The notes under the pieces are model-generated. The model saw only the letters and a program-made list of their open reading frames with translations. It ran no database searches and was not told where the DNA came from. The position numbers and the translations under genes are program-made. This document shows positions 9,659-19,233 of a stretch of 64,000 bases of DNA, piece after piece. Each line of letters begins with the position of its first letter. Within the stretch, counting starts at the first letter, position 1. The stretch comes from a bacterium (GTDB taxonomy: Bacteria > Bacillota > Sulfobacillia > UBA995): assembly GCA_031082145.1 (NCBI GenBank), contig JAVHLP010000001.1, forward strand, positions 508,885 through 572,884, in the 5' to 3' direction.

Positions 9659-10758
9659 TTCCCGACCAGGCTCCGGATTTCCACGCTCCCCATGCTGTTG
9701 ATCACGTCCAGTATCTTGGCGCCATCGCCAATGGTTCCCTCGGCATGGTCGGTTGAATCCTCCCGCGTGACCTCGAGCGGGAAGTCGGATGAGAAGAAGC
9801 CGTGGGAGACGGAAGCCTGAACCCGGTAGCCGGCCTCCGGGCGCAGCAAGATCCGGATGTGACTGCCCGCACCCCGAATGCAGACGTCCTCGACCGGGCC
9901 GAAGAAGGTGACCCCCCCGTAGGTGGAGCCAATGTCGGCCGGGCCACCCACGTCGCGCAGGCTGATGTGGGTGAGACGGCTCTGGATGCCGACCTCACCC
10001 CGCACACCGCTCACTTCGAGACTGCCGCCCAGGAAGTGGCCGCTTAAACCGCCGCCCACGTCCCGGATCTCTGCCCGGCTGGCCACCCGGGCATCCACCT
10101 GGACCGCCCCGCCGACGTTGATCAACACGACGTGGCCACCCTGAGCCTCCACCGTGGCCGAACCGGAGACACCGTTCACCCGCAGGCTGCCGACGGTCAC
10201 CGTGGCGACCAGGTCGCCTTGCAGGTCCTCAATCACGGTCGGCCCGAAGTTATGCGCTCGCGTGGACCCGGCCCCGCGGATCGTCAACTCGTAGGCCGCA
10301 TCCACCTCCAGGGCCAGCCCCCGGGGAACCTGGACCAGCAGGTCCACCTCCACTCCGCCCACGGGAGAGGGCCGGGTCGGGGGCTCGGTGACCGTGAGCC
10401 GGCCCCGGTCGCCATCCGCCGTCAGGGCAACCATGATCGTCTTGGCGTGCAGAACGGCCTGAGCCGGGTCGGACGCCAGCACCCGGACGCGGTAGTTCAC
10501 CCGGATCTCGCCGGTGTCGGCGCCGATGATCTGGATCGATGCCGTACCGGTATTGACCTCGAGGACGGACAGGCCGGGACCGGCGGTCAGCACGCCGTCC
10601 CTGAGGTGTTCGGCGGACCGGCGGTCGGGGTGATCCAACCTGGCTTTGAAGCCTAGCATGAACCCGTCAATTACCCGCAGACCGTGGGCGGAAACGTCCG
10701 CCACCATCAGCGCGGTCAGGAGGACCAGGATAGCAATGCCTATCGTGGACCTGGTCAT
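9655..10758 (-). CDS. DUF4097-like beta-strand-repeat protein (LiaG-like putative adhesin) with N-terminal membrane anchor
   Basis: N-terminal TM/signal segment, then repetitive G/V/S-rich beta-strand repeats (VxVxxxxGxVxV pattern). Confidence 0.55.
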   Translation of the reverse strand: MTRSTIGIAILVLLTALMVADVSAHGLRVIDGFMLGFKARLDHPDRRSAEHLRDGVLTAGPGLSVLEVNTGTASIQIIGADTGEIRVNYRVRVLASDPAQAVLHAKTIMVALTADGDRGRLTVTEPPTRPSPVGGVEVDLLVQVPRGLALEVDAAYELTIRGAGSTRAHNFGPTVIEDLQGDLVATVTVGSLRVNGVSGSATVEAQGGHVVLINVGGAVQVDARVASRAEIRDVGGGLSGHFLGGSLEVSGVRGEVGIQSRLTHISLRDVGGPADIGSTYGGVTFFGPVEDVCIRGAGSHIRILLRPEAGYRVQASVSHGFFSSDFPLEVTREDSTDHAEGTIGDGAKILDVINSMGSVEIRSLVGN

Positions 10759-10770
10759 GCCGATCCCTCC

Positions 10771-11535
10771 CTACACGTCGACCTGGCGCTCCAAGAGCCA
10801 GGCGGCCAGACAGAAATACAGGACACCCACGACCAGGGTCGAGAGGACCGGGGCGGGGCTAAGGTAAATGGGTCGTACCTGGTGCACTCCCCGGGCCACG
10901 GTGGCGACATCCCGCAGGACGAGGGGCGGGACCCAGGCCAGCATGGCGTTCAGCACGGTGCCGATCCGGATCAGGCACCACGTGCTGAGGACCAAGGCGA
11001 GGGGCAGGACCAGGGGCAGCCACCGGTGTGCGAGCCGGCCCACCAGGTAGGCCATTTGCACGGTCACCGAGCCCGCCGCCAGCAGGACAAAGACCACGAA
11101 CAGGAGTTGGGGGACGTTGATCCAGCCGGCGGCCAACAGGATGCTCCGGGTGGGGGCCTCCACCTCGCTGGGGAAGAGCCGGGCGATCAGCGGCAGGCCG
11201 GTCAGTACGGCCACCGTAGCGTAAAGGGTCACCTCGGTCAGGACCGCCAACGTCTTGGCCAGCAGCAGCGACCAGGCGGCGACGGGCAGGGACCGTGCGA
11301 GGTAGATCGTGTTGTCCTGCCACGGCCGGCGCCAGGCCTGCATAGACGCGATGGCCGCCCAGGGGATGGCCAGCAAGAGCGGCACTATCGGCAGCCTACC
11401 GACCACTAGCAGGGGCCAGGAGTTCAGCCGCGAGAACAGGAAGAGGTTCCAAAGCCCGATCAGGCAGGGGACGGTGATGACGAAAGCGCGGGACGCCCCC
11501 AGTTCGCGCCGGTACAAGGTCCACAGGTGGGACAT
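10771..11535 (-). CDS. Polytopic membrane protein, probable permease partner of the adjacent ABC ATPase
   Basis: 254-aa hydrophobic protein with about 6 TM segments. Start coincides with the upstream ATPase stop. Confidence 0.55.
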   Translation of the reverse strand: MSHLWTLYRRELGASRAFVITVPCLIGLWNLFLFSRLNSWPLLVVGRLPIVPLLLAIPWAAIASMQAWRRPWQDNTIYLARSLPVAAWSLLLAKTLAVLTEVTLYATVAVLTGLPLIARLFPSEVEAPTRSILLAAGWINVPQLLFVVFVLLAAGSVTVQMAYLVGRLAHRWLPLVLPLALVLSTWCLIRIGTVLNAMLAWVPPLVLRDVATVARGVHQVRPIYLSPAPVLSTLVVGVLYFCLAAWLLERQVDV

Positions 11536-12230
11536 CAGGCGTACACCTCCCCGAAAAGTGCCTCCAGGGAACAGTTGTGGCGGCGGCGGAGTTCCTCGGC
11601 TGCGCCGGCCAGCTTGACCCGGCCGGCCTCGAGAAAGACCACCCGGTCAAAGGCGCCCTCGGCGTGAAGGACCTCGTGGGTAGAGATGATCATGCTCTGA
11701 CCGTCCTTGTACTGGCGGATGCAGGCCTCGACGATGCGGGCCCGCGACCGGGGGTCGATGCCGGCCAGCGGTTCGTCCAACAGGAACAGGGCCGCGTCGC
11801 GGGCCAGGGCTAGCACCAGCTTGAGCCGCGCCCGCATGCCCCGCGACAAGGTCCCCACCACCGCCCGGGGGTTGAGATCCATGAACTCCAGCAGTTCGAC
11901 CGCCCGCGCCGGGCTCCAGTCGGCGAAGAAGGTTGACACGTAGGCCAGGGTGCCCGCCACCGTCAGGTCGCGGTACAGGCAGTCGACCTCCGGTAGGTAG
12001 GCCAGGCGGGCCCGGGCCGCCGGACCCGGCTTGAGACCCAGCACGCGCACCTCGCCGGCATCGGGCCGGGTCAGGCCGGCCACGATCTTCAGAAGGGTCG
12101 ACTTGCCGCTTCCGTTGGGGCCCAGGAGGCCCAAGATGCAGCCGGGTTCCAGTTCGAGGTCCAGGTTATCCAGGGCCCGGGTGCGGCCATAGCGCTTACT
12201 GATGCCGGTCGTCGTCAGAAGAGGTACCAT
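11535..12230 (-). CDS. ABC transporter ATP-binding protein
   Basis: Walker A GPNGSGKST, signature LSRGMRARL, Walker B LFLLDEP, H-loop STHE. Start among the ATG cluster 12230-12242. Confidence 0.9.
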   Translation of the reverse strand: MVPLLTTTGISKRYGRTRALDNLDLELEPGCILGLLGPNGSGKSTLLKIVAGLTRPDAGEVRVLGLKPGPAARARLAYLPEVDCLYRDLTVAGTLAYVSTFFADWSPARAVELLEFMDLNPRAVVGTLSRGMRARLKLVLALARDAALFLLDEPLAGIDPRSRARIVEACIRQYKDGQSMIISTHEVLHAEGAFDRVVFLEAGRVKLAGAAEELRRRHNCSLEALFGEVYA

Positions 12231-12600
12231 CACCATCGTCACCTCGCTTGATCTCGTCTTCCAGCGCCCGCAGGATATCTTCCCGGCCGCAGGCCAGTGA
12301 TCGCATCTCGCGGGCGAACCCCGTCACCGCCCGGCGCAACATCTCCTCCCGTAGAGAGCCAATGAGGTCCGGGGCGGCGCGGATGAAGGTTCCCTGCCCC
12401 CGCAGCGTATGTACCACTCCCAGCGCCTCCAGGTCGCGGTAGGCCCGCTGAACGGTGTTGGGGCTAACCCTGAGCAGTTGGGCCATCTCCCGTTGGGAAG
12501 GGATCTGGTCGCCCGGCACGAGTTCACCCCGGACCACCTTCTTGGTGATGCCGTCCATGATCTGCTGGTAAATCGGCTGGGAAAGGTCGATCCGGATCAC
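12196..12600 (-). CDS. GntR-family transcriptional regulator (short YtrA-like subfamily)
   Basis: HTH LPSQREMAQLLRVSPNTVQRAYRDLEALGVV. Start reassigned to GTG 12600, preceded by GGGGAAGGAGG. The track ORF extends upstream through a shadow. Confidence 0.8.
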   Translation of the reverse strand: MIRIDLSQPIYQQIMDGITKKVVRGELVPGDQIPSQREMAQLLRVSPNTVQRAYRDLEALGVVHTLRGQGTFIRAAPDLIGSLREEMLRRAVTGFAREMRSLACGREDILRALEDEIKRGDDGDGTSSDDDRHQ

Positions 12601-13928
12601 CGCGGCAGCCTCCTTCCCCTCGATCGCCAGAACCATCGGCCCAGGGCGAGCGGAGCCGCCAGGGCTAGCCCTGCCACCGCCAGGAAGACCGGCACGTTGT
12701 CGACCGGCGGTTTCCCGGGAAACAGGTCCAGAGCCGCCGGCAGCCGCCAGGACAGGCTGGCCCGCCAGGCACGCTCCAACTCCTCCAGCGTCCTGCCGGT
12801 GGCCTCGAGGACGGCGGCTTCGAAGCCGGCGGGACCGGCAACCCACAGCCGGTGGACGGCTTCCAGCCCGCAGCACTTCCGGACGTAGTCCACGAACGAC
12901 CCCGCGGCTGGGTAAGACACCCCGCCGGGCACAGCGCACCTGCCATGAGGGGAGATGAACTCGGTCAGGGCGGGGATCTCCCCCCGGTCGCGCCTGTAAC
13001 GAGCCCAGGCGTGGGCCGAATTGCGGTACCATCCGTCCGCCGCCACCGCCACCCCCTCGTTCATGAAGAGCGTGCCCGGCGCCCCCCACATGTGGCGCGC
13101 CAGCAGGTGCATGCTCTCATGGCAACCCAGCGGACCCCGAACCAGGTGAAACTCCGCCCCGAAGAGGGGGGCCGCAAAGGCGCTTGGGTCAGACGCCCGT
13201 ATGGCTTCCATCAGCCCGGGATCCGGCAATAAGAAGGCCCGGATCCGGCCCGGGTAGTCGCCCCCAAGGTAGCGGCTCGCCTGGCGGTAGCCGCCTTCAA
13301 GCTCGAAGGCCGCCCGGTCGAGATCAATGGCCGACCCCGCCGGCCGGTACAGGACGTAATGCTCGGTCACGAGCGATTCCCATTGCCCCGGCGGAGCTAG
13401 CCGCAACGGCGCCGGGTCGTCGAAGTCGCCATGCAGGGGAGGTTCCTCCGCCCGGTGGCGCAGGGTGAAGTCATGGTGACCATGGTAGGTGGACATGATG
13501 GCGTCGGCATGGCGGGGGTCGCTGGCGGCGAGGAGCCGAACCACGCAGCCCTCAGCATCGGGGTGGGGGAACTGGGCGGCCAGGGCCCAGGGGGGTTCGA
13601 AAGTCGATCCCTTCAGCACCAGCGAGTTGTCTTCCGCCACGGCGAACGGCAGCCGGTCCAGGAGGGAGGCGAAGTGGCGGTGCCGGTGGGGGAGGCCCAG
13701 CAGGTAGACGGTGCCCTCGCCGGGGGCGAAGCCCCGGTCGCTCACGACCACGGTGCCACCCAGCCAGGCGGCGAGTTCCCGGGCGACGCGTTCAAGATCA
13801 GCGGTCTCCGCGGCGGTACCCAGGGTACCGTAGGTGATCATCACCGGCTCCCGGGGGTCGTCCCACTCGGCAGCCCGGGCCGGCGCCGGCAAGAGCCCCA
13901 CCCCTATCAGCAAGATTGCCACTGTCAA
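12597..13928 (-). CDS. Secreted hypothetical protein with HExxH motif (possible zinc peptidase-like)
   Basis: Signal peptide TVAILLIGVGLLPAPARA after a TTG start at 13928 (AGGGAG RBS). Contains CHESMHLL, an HExxH motif. Start is uncertain; the first ATG is at 13975. Confidence 0.5.
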   Translation of the reverse strand: MTVAILLIGVGLLPAPARAAEWDDPREPVMITYGTLGTAAETADLERVARELAAWLGGTVVVSDRGFAPGEGTVYLLGLPHRHRHFASLLDRLPFAVAEDNSLVLKGSTFEPPWALAAQFPHPDAEGCVVRLLAASDPRHADAIMSTYHGHHDFTLRHRAEEPPLHGDFDDPAPLRLAPPGQWESLVTEHYVLYRPAGSAIDLDRAAFELEGGYRQASRYLGGDYPGRIRAFLLPDPGLMEAIRASDPSAFAAPLFGAEFHLVRGPLGCHESMHLLARHMWGAPGTLFMNEGVAVAADGWYRNSAHAWARYRRDRGEIPALTEFISPHGRCAVPGGVSYPAAGSFVDYVRKCCGLEAVHRLWVAGPAGFEAAVLEATGRTLEELERAWRASLSWRLPAALDLFPGKPPVDNVPVFLAVAGLALAAPLALGRWFWRSRGRRLPR

Positions 13929-14063
13929 GCGCAACTCCCTGTTCCCTCCCTGTGCATCAGTGCATTGGTGCACCATTACTCTATCACGCCGCCCGCAGCC
14001 CGTCAAGAGGGAGGGAGGACTGGTGGGGGGCCCCGGGGAAGACCTCCGCCTGGAGGTGAGATC

Positions 14064-14270
14064 GTGGAGGCAAGCGAGCACGAGGTGGCAGGCCGGAAGC
14101 TAGCCTGCCCTTTCTGCGATCACAACCGCTTCTGGACCCGCCGGACGCTCATGAACACCCGGGGGGCCACCTTCTTCAACCTCGATTGGGCCAACCGGGA
14201 AGCCCACAACTACATCTGCGAGCAGTGTGGCTACGTGCTCTGGTTCATGCCCGGCTACGGCCAGACATGA
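14064..14270 (+). CDS. Small zinc-ribbon protein (two CxxC pairs)
   Basis: About 68 aa with CPFC...CEQC. GTG start with GGAGGTGA RBS. Stop overlaps the next gene's start (ATGA). Confidence 0.45.
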   Translation: MEASEHEVAGRKLACPFCDHNRFWTRRTLMNTRGATFFNLDWANREAHNYICEQCGYVLWFMPGYGQT

Positions 14271-14869
14271 ACAGGGCTGAAATGCGGAGGCGCCTCACCG
14301 CTGAGGACTGGCGGGAGCGGCTCGGCGCCCAGTACGCCGTGTCGGTCTGGCTGGCCGGGGACTTCGAGACCGCCTTCGCCTTGGTGCTGGAGTGCGCCGC
14401 GACGGACGACCCCTGGCTGAACACGGGGGCCGTCGCGCCCTTTGGCATGAAGGATTTTTGCCGCTCCCACCCCGACCGGCTCCCCCGGATCATGGCGGTG
14501 CTGGAGGACCAACTGACCAACCGGGCCGACCCCGTCCGGCGGAATCACGGCCCTTACGCCCTGGGGCTGCTGGCGCGGACCCACCCGGCCGCCGTCCGGC
14601 CCTACCTGGAAGAGTGGGCCCGGCGGGATGACGAGCAGACCCGGTGGAACGTAGCCTCGGCCTTCACCCAGGCCACCGGCAGACACCAACCCGACCTGGC
14701 CCTCCGGGTGCTGGCCATGCTGGTGGACGACGGCCGGGGGTACGTGAGGCGGGCGGTGGCCCGCGCTCTGGCCAACGTGAGCCGGCACCACCCCCGGAAG
14801 GTTACGGCCTTCCTCAGCCCAACGGGCGAGGGCCGGGCCCTCGCCGCCCTGATGAGGGACAAGCGCTGA
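14267..14869 (+). CDS. DNA alkylation repair enzyme family protein (AlkD/AlkC-like HEAT-repeat)
   Basis: About 200-aa helical-repeat protein resembling the 'DNA alkylation repair enzyme' family. ATGA-coupled to the zinc-ribbon gene. Confidence 0.55.
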   Translation: MNRAEMRRRLTAEDWRERLGAQYAVSVWLAGDFETAFALVLECAATDDPWLNTGAVAPFGMKDFCRSHPDRLPRIMAVLEDQLTNRADPVRRNHGPYALGLLARTHPAAVRPYLEEWARRDDEQTRWNVASAFTQATGRHQPDLALRVLAMLVDDGRGYVRRAVARALANVSRHHPRKVTAFLSPTGEGRALAALMRDKR

Positions 14870-14873
14870 GTCT

Positions 14874-15551
14874 TCACTCCTCTATGGCCGCGCCGAGTTC
14901 CCGGAGGTGGCGGCGGAAGTCGTGGGCAGGGTCGGCCGCCCGCCGGGCCAGGTAGTCGTCGAACCGGAACTGATCCCGCAGCTTCCGGCCTTGCCGTATG
15001 GCCTCCGCCTGGCGGCGCTCCGTTGTCCGGATGCTCAGTGCGATTGACCGCAGTTCTTCCCGACGGCCGGCGGGGAAGAAGACCGCCCCGTCGGCGTCGG
15101 CAAACACCCAGTCCTCCCTGCTCACCTCGAGATCTCCCAGCCGGGCGGAATCGAGCGCCCCGGCGGGCCGCGGGTCCAGCCGGCGCGGACCGGAAGGGCA
15201 CCGGCCGTAGCTGAAGACGGGCAATCCCAGTTCCAGGAGTTCAGCGGTGTCGCGGTGAAAACCCCAGACCAGGATGCCGGCCAGCCCGCAGGCTTGGGCC
15301 TCCAGGACGGTAAGGTCGCCGATGCAGGCCTCGTCCTGCCTTCCCTGGTTGTCTATGACCAGGACATCGCCCGGCTCGGCGTGGCCCATCGCCTCCAGGA
15401 ATACATCGACACTGCCGTGATGCCGGGCGGGCAGCACCCGGCCGGTCACGGCGCTGCCGGGCAACAGGGCTTGGAGCCCGGGAGGGGCCAGGCGCAAGGG
15501 GGTTCCCAGCCGCAGGCAGGCATCGGCGAGCAGGGGAGTAGTTAGCTCCAT
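14874..15551 (-). CDS. RraA-family protein (RNase E regulator / 4-hydroxy-4-methyl-2-oxoglutarate aldolase-like)
   Basis: RraA-like core motifs: VLVIDNQG, ACIGDL, GILVWGFHRD. Confidence 0.75.
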   Translation of the reverse strand: MELTTPLLADACLRLGTPLRLAPPGLQALLPGSAVTGRVLPARHHGSVDVFLEAMGHAEPGDVLVIDNQGRQDEACIGDLTVLEAQACGLAGILVWGFHRDTAELLELGLPVFSYGRCPSGPRRLDPRPAGALDSARLGDLEVSREDWVFADADGAVFFPAGRREELRSIALSIRTTERRQAEAIRQGRKLRDQFRFDDYLARRAADPAHDFRRHLRELGAAIEE

Positions 15552-15619
15552 GGTGGTGGACACCTCCTGAGTGCCGGGGCTTCCCGCCGGGGTGGGAGTT
15601 ATCCTGCAGGGCCGGCCCG

Positions 15620-16207
15620 TCAGTGCCGGGCGGGCTGGACGGGGACCGTTTCGGGGGCGGGCCGGGGCGGGCGCCGCCGCCGTCGGAGCCTCCTGCTCTG
15701 CTCCGTCGTGGGGACAGTCGGCTCCATGTAGTCACTCAGGGGTTTGGTGTCGTACAGGCTGGGATGTCCCAGGTGGACCGCCACGGCTCCGGCCGTCAGG
15801 CCGTAGAAGGCGTGGGCGACCATGTAGGAGAGGTTGCTGGCCGCATCCTTGGGGCTGACCTTGTTGGTAGGGAGGCCGCTCAGCATGGCGTTCACCATCG
15901 ACCCGAAAGAGAGGCCGAAGATGAAGGACTTGGGCAAGTAGTGGTCGCGGCCGGTCCGGGTCAGCAGGTAGACCAGGCCCACGCCGCCCAGCGAGGAGAG
16001 CCCAAAGTCGAAGATGCTACCCAGGATCTGGCCCCTTAGTTGGCTGGCCTCCTTCCGGCTGGTTACCCAGATCCCCGACGCCGTCATCCTGAACGGACGC
16101 TGGGATACCTTGTAGCGCAGGGATACCTCGTCAACGAGGGTCTTGACGGTGTTGCCCGCCAGCCCCGCCAGGATGCCCAGCATGACCCGATCCTTTATGC
16201 CCTTCAT
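15620..16207 (-). CDS. Small membrane protein of unknown family (paralog of 42916..43365)
   Basis: Start moved to the MKGIKDR ATG at 16207. Shares GxxAGxxGNxxK...YxLTRTGxDxYLxK and YGxxxxxVAxxL blocks with the 42916 gene. Confidence 0.5.
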   Translation of the reverse strand: MKGIKDRVMLGILAGLAGNTVKTLVDEVSLRYKVSQRPFRMTASGIWVTSRKEASQLRGQILGSIFDFGLSSLGGVGLVYLLTRTGRDHYLPKSFIFGLSFGSMVNAMLSGLPTNKVSPKDAASNLSYMVAHAFYGLTAGAVAVHLGHPSLYDTKPLSDYMEPTVPTTEQSRRLRRRRRPPRPAPETVPVQPARH

Positions 16208-16289
16208 GGCGGGTAGTCTTCCGCCGGAAATACGCCTCATGCCTGGAAACGCGCAGGAACAAGTCCCCTCCGCGGCCAAGAGAGAGCGG

Positions 16290-17183
16290 ATGAAGACCTC
16301 GACCGCTTGCCTGCTCCTCCTCCCGGTGACCTTGATCTGGGGCGCCCACTTCGCGGTGGTCAAGCACGCTTTGGCCACGGTCGATCCCATGGCCTTCGGC
16401 CTGGCCCGCTTCGGTCTGGCCGCTTTGCTTCTCTTCGCCCTGACCCGGGTGCGGGAAGGCAGCGTGGGCCTTGACCGCCGGGACTGGGGGGCTATGCTAT
16501 GGCTTGGCATCGCCGGCAGTCTCAGCCAGGTGTTCTGGCTCTATGGGCTTAGCTACACCACTTCCGGCAAGACCGCCCTGCTCATGGCGACCTCTCCCAC
16601 CTTCGTGGCCCTGTTGCGGGCGGCGGCCGGAGAGCGGCTGGGCTGGCGGGCCGCCCTGGGGTTCGTGGCCGCCCTGGCGGGAGTGGCCCTCATCGTGGAT
16701 GCCGGAGCGGTTGGGGCCGGCCCCCTCGCCGGCGACCTCCTGGTGTTGGCGGCGGCGGCCGGCTGGGGCCTGTACACCAACGGCGGCCCCCGCCTGCTCC
16801 GGCGTTATTCCGCCCTACGCGTCACCGCCTACGTGTTCGCCCTGACCGCCGCCGTGATGGCCGTGCCCGGGCTAGGCCTGCTGGCGGCTACCCCTCGGGC
16901 CGGACTGGGGGCTGGCGTCTGGGGAGGTCTGGCCTATTCCGCTCTCCTGGCGGGGGGCCTGGCCTGGGTCCTGTGGTACCGGGGAGTCAACTCCCTGGGA
17001 CCGGTCCGGGTCATGCTCTACCAGTACCTCGTTCCACTGGTGGCCCTGGCCATCTCGCTGGCGGTCCTGAGGGAGCCCTTCCGGTGGGCGCAGGGGCTGG
17101 GGGCAGTCCTGGTGCTGGCGGGGACCCTGGCCGCCAGGTTGTCGCTGCCGGCGGGCGCACCTGGCAAGACTACCGCCAACTAG
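16290..17183 (+). CDS. EamA/DMT-family transporter
   Basis: About 10 TM segments in a two-EamA-repeat layout. Start at MKTSTACLLLLPV (ATG 16290). Confidence 0.75.
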   Translation: MKTSTACLLLLPVTLIWGAHFAVVKHALATVDPMAFGLARFGLAALLLFALTRVREGSVGLDRRDWGAMLWLGIAGSLSQVFWLYGLSYTTSGKTALLMATSPTFVALLRAAAGERLGWRAALGFVAALAGVALIVDAGAVGAGPLAGDLLVLAAAAGWGLYTNGGPRLLRRYSALRVTAYVFALTAAVMAVPGLGLLAATPRAGLGAGVWGGLAYSALLAGGLAWVLWYRGVNSLGPVRVMLYQYLVPLVALAISLAVLREPFRWAQGLGAVLVLAGTLAARLSLPAGAPGKTTAN

Positions 17184-17835
17184 CCCGCTCTCCGGCCGGG
17201 CCACTGGCGGTCAGCCGGCCTTCCTCCAGGCAGGCTACCCGGTCGCCGGGCTCCATGGCCGACGGGTCGTGGGTGGCCAGCAGGACCGTCTTGCCCGAGG
17301 CCAACCGCCGGATGAGGTCCATTACGGCTATGCGGGTCTCGGGGGCCAGGCCGGCCGTGGGCTGATCCAGCACCAGGAGGTAGGGGTCGTTCAGCAAGGC
17401 CTGGGCCAGGCCGAGCAGTCTCCGCCGGCCGGGTGAGAGCCGGCCGGCCGGGGTGGAAGCCTGTTCCTCCATGCCGACGAGCTGGAGAACGGCACGGGCG
17501 CGCCCCGCGGCCAAACGGCGGGGTATGCCCTTGAGCAAGGCCAGGTGGCAGAGCAGTTCCCGGCCATCCAGGTCCGGGTAGACGACCGCCCGCTGCGGCA
17601 GGTAACCCAGGCTGTCCTTGAGGGTGAAGGGATGGACGGCCGCGTCCAGGCCCCACCACCGCAGCCGGCCCCGGGAGGGCCGCATCACCCCGGCCGCCAC
17701 CCGGCATAGACACGTCTTACCCGAACCGTTAGGCCCGATCACCCAGGTGATACCGGGACCGCAGGCCAGATCTATCTCGTGCAGGACGGCGGCTCCGCCC
17801 AGGACCAGGGACACCTGCTCAAAGCGCAGGCTCAC
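17170..17835 (-). CDS. ABC transporter ATP-binding protein
   Basis: Walker A GPNGSGKT, signature LSPGRRRLL, Walker B LLVLDQP. Confidence 0.85.
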   Translation of the reverse strand: MSLRFEQVSLVLGGAAVLHEIDLACGPGITWVIGPNGSGKTCLCRVAAGVMRPSRGRLRWWGLDAAVHPFTLKDSLGYLPQRAVVYPDLDGRELLCHLALLKGIPRRLAAGRARAVLQLVGMEEQASTPAGRLSPGRRRLLGLAQALLNDPYLLVLDQPTAGLAPETRIAVMDLIRRLASGKTVLLATHDPSAMEPGDRVACLEEGRLTASGPAGERASWR

Positions 17836-18668
17836 CTTCCCTCAACCTCCCCCACCCGGGCCCGGGTGATGGCCAGGCCGGCCCCCGCCTGACGCAGGGA
17901 CATCAGCGTGAAGAAACCGGCGACGGCAAGCCCCACCACCTGCAGCAGGGGCCAGGCCGGATCGCCGGGGCCGGCGAACAGGCTGACGCCGAGGCCGAGC
18001 CGTCGCACCAGGACCTGGGCCACCCAGAAGCCGGCGGCCAGGGCTCCTGCCGCGCCGGCGCTCAAGGGCAGGACCACACAGAGGTATAGCGCGAAGCTGG
18101 CGGTGAGCAGGAGGGGAGTCAGCCAACTGAGGACCAGCGCGGACAACAGGAGCGGCGGCGACCCCCACCACACCACCAGGCTGGCCGTCGCTCCGAGCAG
18201 GATGTCATAGGCCACGACCACTACCAGGCGGCCCAGGGTCAGGTGGACCGGGCTGATGGGGCAGGCCATCTCCACCTCCCAGGCGCCGCTGCCCGCGGCA
18301 CGGAAGGCGTGGGCCACGCCAAGCGCGGTCAACACCGGCACCAAGGTAGCCAACAGCGTGGTCGCGCTGCTTCCGGTCAGCACGATGAAGGCCAGGCCTC
18401 CGGCCACCGTCACCAGCGAGGCCAGCCAGAACCAGGGGCGGAAGAAGCCTACCTGGGCGAGGGTCAACTGCAGGATACCCAGGGGTGAACCTCCGGTGGA
18501 GGGCCTGGCACCCCGTTCCCGTTCCATCTGGACCCGGAAGGGTCCCGGCCGGGGCAGATTTCGCACCAGGGCCACCAGCTCCTCAGTCTGGCCGGGGGTG
18601 GGGGCCGCGACCCGCCAGGCCTGGAGCGCGCGCGTGAGTGCGCGATCCCGCCTCATAACCCCTGCCAC
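17832..18668 (-). CDS. Membrane protein downstream of ECF sigma (putative anti-sigma factor and/or ABC-2-type permease)
   Basis: About 90-aa cytoplasmic N-terminus followed by about 6 TM helices. Overlaps the sigma gene stop and the ABC ATPase start. Confidence 0.45.
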   Translation of the reverse strand: MAGVMRRDRALTRALQAWRVAAPTPGQTEELVALVRNLPRPGPFRVQMERERGARPSTGGSPLGILQLTLAQVGFFRPWFWLASLVTVAGGLAFIVLTGSSATTLLATLVPVLTALGVAHAFRAAGSGAWEVEMACPISPVHLTLGRLVVVVAYDILLGATASLVVWWGSPPLLLSALVLSWLTPLLLTASFALYLCVVLPLSAGAAGALAAGFWVAQVLVRRLGLGVSLFAGPGDPAWPLLQVVGLAVAGFFTLMSLRQAGAGLAITRARVGEVEGR

Positions 18669-19225
18669 CTCCCCTTCAGAACTACCGCCGGGGTCTCCCG
18701 GCGCAGCCGGCCGGCCAGGGCGCGCTGGGCATGGTGCAGGCGGGACTTCACCGTGCCCAGGGGCAGACCGGTAACCTTAGCGATTGCGCCCAGCGTCATA
18801 TCCTCGTAGTAGCGCAGGATGATGACTTCCCGGTGGGCCGGCGAGAGCGTCTCCAGGGCCCGCCGGACCCACTCGCCTTCATCCCTCCGGATGGCGGCCT
18901 CCTCGGGCCCGGGACCGGGCTGCTCGCGGCCGTCAGATTCCGGCCGGATCGAGACTCGCCGCCAGTACCAGCTCCGCCGGTGGTCCAGGAAGAGGTTGCG
19001 GGCCGTCCGGTACAGCCACACCCGGAAGGCCTCCGGCTCCTCCAGCGAGGCCAAGTGGAGGCACACCCGGCAGAAAGTCTCCTGCGCCAGGTCGAGCGCC
19101 AGCTCTCGATCGCCGCCCAGGCGGATCAGGTAGGCGGTCAGGGGGCCGTGAAAGCACCGCACGAGTTCCCCCAACGCTTCCCCATCGCCGTCCCGGGCCG
19201 CCCGGACCAACGCCTCCTGCTCCAT
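18653..19225 (-). CDS. ECF (sigma-70 family, group 4) RNA polymerase sigma factor
   Basis: Start at ATG 19225 with GAGGAGGAG RBS. Region 2 (FHGPLTAYLIRL...AQETF, YRTARNLFLDHRR) and region 4 HTH (LTLGAIAKVTGLPLGTVKSRLHHAQ). Confidence 0.85.
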   Translation of the reverse strand: MEQEALVRAARDGDGEALGELVRCFHGPLTAYLIRLGGDRELALDLAQETFCRVCLHLASLEEPEAFRVWLYRTARNLFLDHRRSWYWRRVSIRPESDGREQPGPGPEEAAIRRDEGEWVRRALETLSPAHREVIILRYYEDMTLGAIAKVTGLPLGTVKSRLHHAQRALAGRLRRETPAVVLKGRWQGL

Positions 19226-19233
19226 GCTCCTCC

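Noticed and set aside
12196-13089. 297-aa version of the GntR ORF from the track
   Set aside because: The N-terminal 165 aa are Gly/Arg/Pro-rich shadow sequence overlapping the real upstream gene. A GTG with a perfect GGAGG RBS at 12600 gives a canonical about 130-aa YtrA-type GntR.
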